Part shown: positions 55,906-64,000 of the stretch, one piece after another
How positions within the stretch are numbered: position 1 is the stretch's first letter
Layout: each line of letters starts with the position of its first letter
From: Flaccisagitta enflata
Lineage: Eukaryota
Assembly: GCA_965153355.1 (NCBI GenBank)
Contig: OZ231126.1
Coordinates: 10,106,001 to 10,170,000 of the forward strand
Direction: 5' to 3'
Length of the DNA stretch: 64,000 bases
Made by a program: the position numbers and the translations under genes
The notes under the pieces: generated by a model
The model's input: only the letters and a program-made list of their open reading frames with translations
What the model was told of the DNA's origin: nothing
Database searches by the model: none

Positions 55906-56116
55906 ATAGCTATGAATAAACAACGCTCGGCGCACCGTCTTGGCCCGTGTATCCGGCCTTGTTTTTACTCGCACATCTTTTCTATCTTGACCCAATTTGA
56001 TAACCTAAACATTGGCTTCATGGGCACGCTGTTTATGTCCCGCACGCGACTTATAGTCGGGAAAAAAGTCAAAGTCAGTCTTCGACTTTTTGACATATTC
56101 AAGGGATATAGGGTTT

Positions 56117-56280
56117 TTAATCGCGTGCTACGCGACTCTACACCCCGCTTTGTCGGTCCGTAAGTCCGTCGGCGTTAATGGGGCTTTTGGCCTTACTGCT
56201 CCTGCCCAAATGCTCCACTGACCTCAATTATGGCCCCTGCCCACCCGCACACGACTAGGGTAGCTGTGTATCCGGCGTTA
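56117..56280 (-). mobile_element. HINE-like repeat (copy of the 666-848 family)
   Basis: Reverse complement of most of 666-848, including gacctcaattatggcccctgcccacccgcac. Confidence 0.75.
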
Positions 56281-56831
56281 TTTTCTTATGCAAAAGTTGA
56301 GAATCTCCACCGACCAAATGAGCCCTCCAATGAAATTGATAGGGTAAGTGAATTTGATAATTCTTTCATTTGGCGCCAAGCATAATGCTTTACAATAAAA
56401 AATTTCGCGTTATGATTTTTTAAAGATTCATTTACGAAAATTGTAAAATTGAATTTTTTTCGATTTTTTATGATTTTAAGTAGGATAAATAAAGGAGTGT
56501 ATTTATGTTTGTTTGAGCATGCAAATACAAGAAAACATGTCTATGATCATAGCTGCTTATCTGTGAGGGTGTTTTGGAGGATTTTAGCTCATTTAGTTAA
56601 TTTAGCTCGTTTTCAAATTCATTTAAATTCATTTACTCCATAAAAGTAAGGCAGTATGCCTGTTGACATGGAGACAAAAATCACTACAATCTACATCCCA
56701 GTTTATCGACCATCACTATCCGAGTCCATGTTCCATCACTATCAGAGTCCATATTCCATCACGAGCAAAAAGTCGGGCATTCCACCCCTAAATACCGCCG
56801 AGTAAAGTCCCGTCACTTTTCAATCATCCCC

Positions 56832-58994
56832 TCATTGTTGTTCTTCCAAATGATGCTCCCGGTCTGGGCGCCTAGTGCCCAGGGCGTCGCGAAATTCCGC
56901 CATGAACTGCCGCAATTCCTGCGCAATTGAATTCCCCGAATCTTCGTCCGGTTGTTGTTGACGCTGGTGTTGTTGCAGATGCTGTTGCTGACGACTGCGA
57001 TGGTGTTGGTGTTGGTGTTGTTCCGGTTGGTAGAATTGGCTCGGTTGTCGTCCCCTTCCTTGGAATTGTCCTCTTCCGCGGTTTGGCGATCGCGATCGAA
57101 AACGCCCGGGTTGGTGTTGCTGTTGGTCCTGGTCGTAGAATGACGATGATGACCCGTGGTGATTTGATGCCGCAAGACCTCCACGGTAGCCTCCGCCGCG
57201 GTAGCCGCCGCCGTTGCGGCCGCCTCCGCGATGGCCGCCACCGCCGTGATTTCCTTGCGCTGAGACGACGGAGTTTTGTGAGGGCGACGACCCCCGTCTT
57301 GCTGCGTCATCACCGTGACGAGTTTCCCATGCATACCTTTTGCACACTTCCAATTCCCTCTTCTTTTCTTCCAACATTTCATAAGCTTCCTTTTCCCGTC
57401 TTTTTTTCTCCATCCACCACTGTTCCTCTTCCTTTCTTTTTTCTTCTCTCCTTTTCTCTTTCCTTGCTTCTTTCTCTCTCCTATCATCTTCTTTCCTTTC
57501 TTCCTCCTCCCTTTTCATGCGATCCTCCTTTATCTGCTCTTCCGACCACCCCTTCTTTCTCTGCACCTTAGCCCTGTGCTCGGCCAAGTACTGGAGAGCG
57601 TCATGCCTCCGTTGGGATCGATTTTCGGGTTTAGTCGGATCATCGTCTCCCACTTCTATTTCTTCTAAGTGCTCCTCCCTTTTTCTTTTTTCCCGCTTCG
57701 CCTTCCTGTCCCTCTCCTGCTGTCTTCTTGCATTCTTTTTCTTCCGTTTTTTTCGTTCAGCAGCCTCCTCCCCCTCCTCCTCCTCCTCCTCCTCCTCCTC
57801 CTCGCTGCTGCTGCTGCTGCCGCCGCTTTCACTTGTTTTTCCTTTTTGTGATTCGTTTAACTCGTTTGATTCGTTTTTGTCCAGGGGTGCTAAAAATTTT
57901 TAACTTTTAACTTTAACTTTTTTTTTTTTTAAAGTTGTAAAAAGTTAAAAAGTGTTAAAAATGTTAAAAATGTTAAAATACTAAAAGTAAAAAAACAAAA
58001 AGTTAAAAAGTTAAAAATGTTAAAAAGTTAAAATGTTAAAAAAGTTAAAATATTAAAAACTGCAGTCCAAAAAGCACTGGCTGAAAACCATAGGCTATCA
58101 AGTTTTTTCTTTTTAATTTTTAACTTTTTTTCTTTAAACTTTTTTAATTTTTTCTTTAACCTTTTTTTATTTCTTTCATTTTTTAACTTTTTTTAACTTT
58201 TTAACTTTTTTTAACATTTTTTAACTTTTTTTAACTTTACTTTAAAAGTTGTAAAAAGTTAAAAAAAGTTAAAAACGGTTAAAAACTTTTTAGCTTTTGT
58301 ACCCCTGTTTGTCACTATCCTCCACTTTTTCATCATCACCACCCCCACCATTTCCCGCGTTCTGTTTTTCACCTCTCTTTGGTGATTCGTCTCTTTCCCT
58401 GTATTCTCCTACGTCTATGGTCGCCCCAAAAAAGGACGGCCATAGGCGCTCCGGTAAATCCGGCGGAGCAGGGTCCTTCTCTTTTTCTCCTTCACGGAGT
58501 CGTTCGAGTAATTCTTGGATGGCTACATGCCCCATGTTTTTTCCTGTCACGTTCGCTCGTAACTCGCAGATAACTGTATCCGGGTCCCACACCGATTTCT
58601 TTTCCAACACCGGCCATTGTGGTGGCAGCCATTTGCGTTGGCAGCCAGGGCCCATGACCGCACATCCGATGGCCCCTTTTAGACTCTGGGCCTCGATGAG
58701 TTCGTTTACCGCATATGTTACGTTTTCGTGCGGCGAAATGAAGAGCAGGTTCATATCGTCAACTTTCCCTCCACTCAGCGCCTCGGCGATGCAGCCGGGT
58801 TCGTTGATGTCACTTACAAGTACGTAGTCACGCTCCCCGGTCGTTTTGAGAATCTTGATGCACGCCATTTCGGTGTATTCTGGCGTTGGCGTCAAGTTGA
58901 TTGTCAGAAGCGCCTGATTTTTGAAAAACACTGATCGATTTCCATCTCGTTTTTTCGCCATTTCTTCAGCTAATTCTGGGGATAGATCATCAAG
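56832..58994 (-). pseudogene. Unknown protein reading frame disrupted by insertion(s)
   Basis: Frames 58994-58308 and 57875-56832 join in frame (EDSDK-NESNEL) when 57882-58307 plus one TSD copy is removed. Globular N-terminal part, then E/K coiled-coil, RGG and Q-rich segments. Confidence 0.7.
57882..58307. mobile_element. AT-rich TIR element with 6-bp TSD
   Basis: TTTGTC at 57876-57881 and 58308-58313; ends CAGGGGT and ACCCCTG; internal aaaagttaaaa/ttttaactttt arrays. Confidence 0.75.
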
Positions 58995-59379
58995 CAGGGA
59001 ATGTCATTAAACAGTGATGAAAATCAATCGCGGGTTCATATTGACAACGAATAAATAGCATAAATAGCATAAACAAAATCCATCAGGATTAAAATGATTA
59101 TTATTTAACCAACGGTCATCATTAAGTATTATTCATCCATCTCTTGGTACAATCGTTACCAACAAACAAGCACTGAGCTCACCTAGGCGTTAGGTGAGTA
59201 CCACGTATACCTCTCTTCAAACAGTAGTTTAGACACAGTAAGCAGTAAAAATAAGTCAGCGGGGTAAGTCAAGTTCAAAGAAAGAATAAAAGTAGATAGA
59301 TCAACCAACTGATAAAAAGCAGTTAACATGATTTGATGCATCAACATTAGCAAGAGATCCCGTACATGGTCTCATGTTT

Positions 59380-62280
59380 CTAGGCATTCTCTTTCATGAT
59401 TTTCTCATCAAGCTTATTTTTGAAAATCTCAAGAGATCGTGCCATTTTGATGTCTGCTGATAGCAGATTCCATTTTTGAATTACTCGGTATGAAAAGAAT
59501 GATTGCCGTTGTCTTCGCCCATTTTCGGCTCTTTCCTTGATCAGCCTAGAGCCTCCTCTCGCGTCTCTCACTTGCCAGAAATAGTTGGGATTGATTCTCG
59601 TGAGTCCATTAAGAATCTTGAATACTTCAATCATATCCCCTCTCTCTCGTCTCTGCTCCAACGACATCAGCCCGAGTTTTTTCCTTCTTTCTTCTGAGTT
59701 CAGTTTCTTCATTCCATAAATCATTGCTGTGGCTTTGGACTGCACCGCTTCCAGCAGTTTAGATTCCGCCGATGTGCCTGGGGGACATGCCGTCATTCCA
59801 TAGTCCAGATGAGGTCTGATTCTCTGATTATAGAGGATGCAAAATGCACGTTTGTCTATATAGGTGAAGTTTCGCTTTATTCGTCCAATTTCCGCAAGTG
59901 CTTTACTTCGGGCTTTCCCAACATGGGTCGAGGTTGACAGATCATCCGATATCCAGAAGCCGATGTCTTTCTCCAGCACCACACTTTCTATCTGTGTTCC
60001 CATCATGACGTAAGGCAATTTGGGGTTATCATTCCCGATGTGCATGATCTTAGACTTCTTTTGGTTGATTTCCATCTTCCAGTCTTTGGCCCAGTTGGCA
60101 ATTTGATCGATCCTTCTTTGCAGCTCGGCTCCGTTGTTTGCGTGCTGGCTTTGGTCTCTCATGATCTCCTGGTAGCTCTTAGTGTCGTCAGCTAGTAGCA
60201 TTATCAGGGATTCATCCGCAGGGCTACACTGTTTTGGTAGGTCATTGATAAATATCAAGAACAGCAGGAAACCGAGCACTGTTCCCTGTGTTGTGCCGCT
60301 GACTACCTCTAGCCACTCTGATTTGGCATTACCAACCACTACTCGTTGCTTTCTACATTCCAGGTAGCTTTTGAGCCAGTTAAGCAGCTTGCCATCAATT
60401 CCATAAGCTTTCAGCTTCACCAACAATAGCCTATGTGACACTTTGTCAAAGGCCTTAGCATAATCAAAATAGGCCACATCCACACTATTTCCAGCGTCCA
60501 CAATTTCTGTCCATTTCTCAAGGCATAAAAGTATGTTGGTCTGGCATGACCGGCCCTTGACAAATCCATGCTGTTGCTCTGTGATCAGTTTGTTTGCCAT
60601 CAGGTGACTCATTATGGCCGAACATAGGATTCTCTCCATTGCTTTACAGATGATTGATGTGAGCGCCACGGGTCTGAAGTTGGCCATGATTGCCTTAGAC
60701 CCCCCTTTGTGGATTGGGACAATGTTTGCTTCTTTCCATTTTGATGGGACCTCACCGTCGTCCAGAGATTTCCGGTAAATTTGGCTCAAATGTGGTGCCA
60801 GTTCTTTCGCACATTCCTTCATCAACCTGCTTTCAACTTCATCTGGTCCAGCCGCTTTGTTGGGGTTCAGCTTGGATAGGACCTCTTCCACATTTTCTTT
60901 GCAGAAGTAGACATCATCGATACTTTGACTGGTTTGCTTTTGTATAGGGGGGGGAGGAGTTTCCCCATTATCTTTGGTAAACACCGAGTGGTAGTAATCA
61001 TTCAGTGCATCTGCTGCTTCTTCTTCTGTCTCTGTTAGTTTTCCATTAGCGTCCAGAACATTGGAGACCCCCTGTTTTGTTTTAAGAAAGCGTCGGCAGT
61101 GCCCGTGAAACAAGTTTGGGTTCTCTTTCATGTCTGTAATAAGCCCTTTTTCATAATTAGCCTTCTTGGTCCTTTTCATATCTTCCAGCTTATTTCTTTC
61201 CATTTTGTATGCGTCATAGTCTCTGGGCAGGCCAGTCTGCCTAAATTTTTTCCAGCTTTTCCATTTCTCTTTTCTTTGTTCCTTCATTTTCGCTCCTTTC
61301 ATCCAAGGCAGGCGGTTTTTGTCCTTTCTTGGGCCGCAGAGTGGCACGTACTTTAGTTTGAGCTCTTGAATTTTCTTATTGAGCTTCTCATTCATTGTGT
61401 CAGTTGAGTCTTCTTGGTCCAGTTCAAAACTTTCCAGTTCCTCTTTGATACCTTTCCAGTTAGCTTTTTTGAAGTTAGGTCGACAGAGCGCTGTGTTTCT
61501 GAACATCAGTTCCGTTACCACTACTTTCCATTTCTGGCATAAGTGGTCGCTTTTTCCAAGAGGGGGTATCTCTTCCATCTCGTTTATCATGTCTTCCTCA
61601 TTTGTTAGAACAAGGTCGAGGCATGAATTCTGCTGTCCTCTGAACCTAGTGGAGGTCAGAACATGCTGGACAAGGTTGAGATCTTCCACCATTTCTAGGA
61701 AGGCATCAGAATGGGAGCCCTCTGTGTCCTGGCATTGGTTTGTACTCCAATCAATCTTCGGTAAGTTGAAGTCTCCGCATAATACAAGAAAATCATGTTT
61801 CAGCGAGACCGCTCGCCTAATCATTGAAAGCAAGTTTGAGTTGTTCTGATCGTCAGAGTTAGGGCTTCGGTAGATTGTGCCTACCAACATCACTTTGTTA
61901 TTAATTAGCTTGATTACGCACCATGCTGCACAATCAAAGTTTTCATTTTCAAGGGCAGGGCAGGCCGAGTGATTTAAGGAGTTGTGAACATAGATGGCCA
62001 CTCCTTTGCCCAGTCCTCCTTTTCCATCGGAGTGGTCTCCACGGTATATGGTAAATTCATCAACACCAAGTTCGTCATCCCTTATTGTGCTAGCTGCACC
62101 AAATTCAGTTAACGCCAAAATATGTGGTTTCACAGTAGAAATAAGATCAAGGATTTCACTCCTTTTATTCATTGCCGATTGACAGTTTGTATGAATCATT
62201 TTTACTTCATACTTTTCGCTGTTGGGCCGGCTTGCCCTATTCATTCTGTACAAAATACTAGGTCTACTTTCACCATTCAT
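59380..62280 (-). CDS. LINE ORF2: APE endonuclease and reverse transcriptase (966 aa)
   Basis: APE motifs TNCQS, LTE, IYRSP, GDFN, LDLV and SDH; RT motifs KAAGPD, FRPVALTS, QHGF, DYAKAFDKV, QGTVLG and LADD; CR1-like tail (LEQRRERGDMIEVFKI, FFSYRVIQKWN). Confidence 0.97.
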   Translation of the reverse strand: MNGESRPSILYRMNRASRPNSEKYEVKMIHTNCQSAMNKRSEILDLISTVKPHILALTEFGAASTIRDDELGVDEFTIYRGDHSDGKGGLGKGVAIYVHNSLNHSACPALENENFDCAAWCVIKLINNKVMLVGTIYRSPNSDDQNNSNLLSMIRRAVSLKHDFLVLCGDFNLPKIDWSTNQCQDTEGSHSDAFLEMVEDLNLVQHVLTSTRFRGQQNSCLDLVLTNEEDMINEMEEIPPLGKSDHLCQKWKVVVTELMFRNTALCRPNFKKANWKGIKEELESFELDQEDSTDTMNEKLNKKIQELKLKYVPLCGPRKDKNRLPWMKGAKMKEQRKEKWKSWKKFRQTGLPRDYDAYKMERNKLEDMKRTKKANYEKGLITDMKENPNLFHGHCRRFLKTKQGVSNVLDANGKLTETEEEAADALNDYYHSVFTKDNGETPPPPIQKQTSQSIDDVYFCKENVEEVLSKLNPNKAAGPDEVESRLMKECAKELAPHLSQIYRKSLDDGEVPSKWKEANIVPIHKGGSKAIMANFRPVALTSIICKAMERILCSAIMSHLMANKLITEQQHGFVKGRSCQTNILLCLEKWTEIVDAGNSVDVAYFDYAKAFDKVSHRLLLVKLKAYGIDGKLLNWLKSYLECRKQRVVVGNAKSEWLEVVSGTTQGTVLGFLLFLIFINDLPKQCSPADESLIMLLADDTKSYQEIMRDQSQHANNGAELQRRIDQIANWAKDWKMEINQKKSKIMHIGNDNPKLPYVMMGTQIESVVLEKDIGFWISDDLSTSTHVGKARSKALAEIGRIKRNFTYIDKRAFCILYNQRIRPHLDYGMTACPPGTSAESKLLEAVQSKATAMIYGMKKLNSEERRKKLGLMSLEQRRERGDMIEVFKILNGLTRINPNYFWQVRDARGGSRLIKERAENGRRQRQSFFSYRVIQKWNLLSADIKMARSLEIFKNKLDEKIMKENA

Positions 62281-62309
62281 GGTGTTGCCGGGATTCCGGT
62301 CACAATGAC

Positions 62310-63581
62310 TTAAAAAACTTGTCCACCTTCAGTGGATGACAGGGGAAGCATAATCGCTAATGGTGTGCCGGGCTGTCCTTTTGTTCCACTGCTTACCTGG
62401 GTTGGGGTTATCTCCCCTTGTGACATTTGTGACCCTGATCCGCCTTGGCCACTCAATTCTGGCTCATTTCCAGTTTTCCTCCTCTTGGCATTGCCCTCTT
62501 CATCACTTTTTTGTCGTTTTCTGGATCCTGCCCTTGAGCCGCTTGCGCTCATTGACGGACGTCCCCGCATTGATCCCCGATTTCGTCCTCTTGTTCTTCC
62601 TCCTCTTCCTCCCCTTCCGGTGCCTCTTCCGCGCTGGGGGGCCACCCCCTTGTTTTCTTCCCTTTCTCTTTCCAGTCGGTACATCCTGGCTTCTTGTCTT
62701 TGGTTATACGTGCGGTCTCGTGCAATGAATACATCATTCGCTAATGTGACCTCTTCTGCCGCCTTTGCGATTCTTTCACATTCTTCCGTACTCTTGAAGA
62801 TGGCCAGGACCTTCCTTGCGTAACGGCCTTCATGACCAACTCGGATGACTTTTCTCGGCTTCAGATCATCAATTTTCAGCTCTGCCAGGATCTCTTTCAC
62901 TTTCTCCTCGTCATGTTCGATTCGTTCATCAGTTTCCGTTGCTTTTGATTCAGGGATATTGGCGAAAACCAAGTTTTTCTCTCTTTTTTCAATCTCCCGG
63001 ATCTCCTTTACCACGGCATTTGTCTGTCTGATACTAAGTTGGTCCCCATCCAATTTGTCCAAACGATCTTCTAATTCCGCGGTTTTCTTTGTCGTCTGTT
63101 CCACCTTTTCCGTGGCCTTTTTCAATATTTCCTCCTGTGCATCGAGTCTGGCCTTGTTGTCAGCTTGCGTCTCTTCTACCTTTCCCACTCTCTGTGCGAT
63201 ATCATCGATCTTTTGCAAGCCTTCAAGCACCTTCTTTCTTTCCTCTTGTTGCTCTTCTTGCCCCTTCTTGATGCCATCAAGTTCTGCCATTACCCTTTCT
63301 CTCTCCGTTTGTTGCTCGTTTTGACCCTTCTTGATCGTGTTCAACTCTTTGTGGATCGTGTCAAGCGCTGTTTGAAGATTTTTACCTTTGGCTTCGCATT
63401 CACTGCATTTCCAGAAGCTTTTTCCGTGGTCGCGCATCATTCTGCATAATTCCTGGGCCAACTCTGCACATGAGAAGCAGAATTCCTTTGAGCAATCCGA
63501 GCACTTTAATCCAGGTCGAGGTTCCCCTTTGCGGTTTGTAATGATCTCGCATTTGGAACATTTGCCCACGACGGCAACCAT
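62310..63581 (-). CDS. LINE ORF1: PHD-like finger, coiled coil, RRM-like region, RG-rich tail (423 aa)
   Basis: CSKC..CSDC..CFSC..WKCSEC, a long heptad region, REKNLVFANIPES and VFIARDRT; lies 29 nt upstream of ORF2. Confidence 0.92.
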   Translation of the reverse strand: MVAVVGKCSKCEIITNRKGEPRPGLKCSDCSKEFCFSCAELAQELCRMMRDHGKSFWKCSECEAKGKNLQTALDTIHKELNTIKKGQNEQQTERERVMAELDGIKKGQEEQQEERKKVLEGLQKIDDIAQRVGKVEETQADNKARLDAQEEILKKATEKVEQTTKKTAELEDRLDKLDGDQLSIRQTNAVVKEIREIEKREKNLVFANIPESKATETDERIEHDEEKVKEILAELKIDDLKPRKVIRVGHEGRYARKVLAIFKSTEECERIAKAAEEVTLANDVFIARDRTYNQRQEARMYRLEREREENKGVAPQRGRGTGRGGRGGRTRGRNRGSMRGRPSMSASGSRAGSRKRQKSDEEGNAKRRKTGNEPELSGQGGSGSQMSQGEITPTQVSSGTKGQPGTPLAIMLPLSSTEGGQVF

Positions 63582-64000
63582 CTTGACTGCGTCCGTTTCT
63601 TGCTCGATCCAGAGTCACAATTTTCACTTTATTTTCGAGTCACAGTGTTCACTTTATTTTCGAGTCACAATGTTCACTTTATTGCCGGTCATGTAATTTT
63701 CTGAAGTTTGTGTCACTGTTCCACGGTAATGCGTGTGAGTTAATTGGCCACTTTTATATAACATAGGCACATTAATCTGAAAAGAAATCGCTTGACCAAG
63801 CGCGGCCTCCAGCCCTCGTCGACAACAATCGGTGACGCCTGGAGCTCGCGCTTAAACAAGCGAAGTAGTAGAAATTAGCTTTATCTTTTTTTCTGATTTT
63901 TAATGCAATAAATAAATTAATATTTTGTTAATATAATGTTAAAGCAAGCAGATACAAAAAACATGTCAGTGAGCACAACTGCTTTTCTGTGAGGGTGTTT

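Larger units (their letters stand above)
58995..63781 (-). mobile_element. Apparently full-length CR1-group LINE (boundaries approximate)
   Basis: Two uninterrupted ORFs, a 5' UTR with repeated ttcactttattttcgagtcaca and a ~380-bp 3' UTR. Boundaries are inferred from the flanking host reading frame. Confidence 0.85.

Noticed and set aside
57882-58307. Introner-like self-removing insertion
   Set aside because: The GT and AG near the ends leave 19 extra nt, which is out of frame.

Overview
Eukaryotic (invertebrate animal-like) genomic DNA with GT-AG introns, microsatellites and many non-autonomous transposons. No rRNA, tRNA or CRISPR was seen. Recognisable genes: (1) a two-exon eRF1; (2) a multi-exon gene fusing about 7 C2H2 zinc fingers to a catalytically degenerate pogo-type transposase with a Tudor-like tail; (3) three KIAA0930/DUF2045-like exons; (4) an ENO4-like gene apparently nested on the same strand in the KIAA0930 intron; (5) the 3' part of MED25. 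Mobile DNA includes an apparently full-length CR1-group LINE, a CRE-type (RLE) LINE fragment, hAT-like and TA-targeting MITEs, and Helentron/HINE-like repeats. Most notable is a Transib/RAG-like MITE with a 5-bp TSD, RSS-like CACAGCG ends and terminal spacers differing by one helical turn. About 17.4-35.8 kb is a near-zero-loop palindrome with a patchily deletion-rich right arm, most likely a fold-back read artefact. Several other blocks, notably about 43.5-53 kb, look like unpolished long-read sequence. All family assignments come from remembered motifs, not from database searches.
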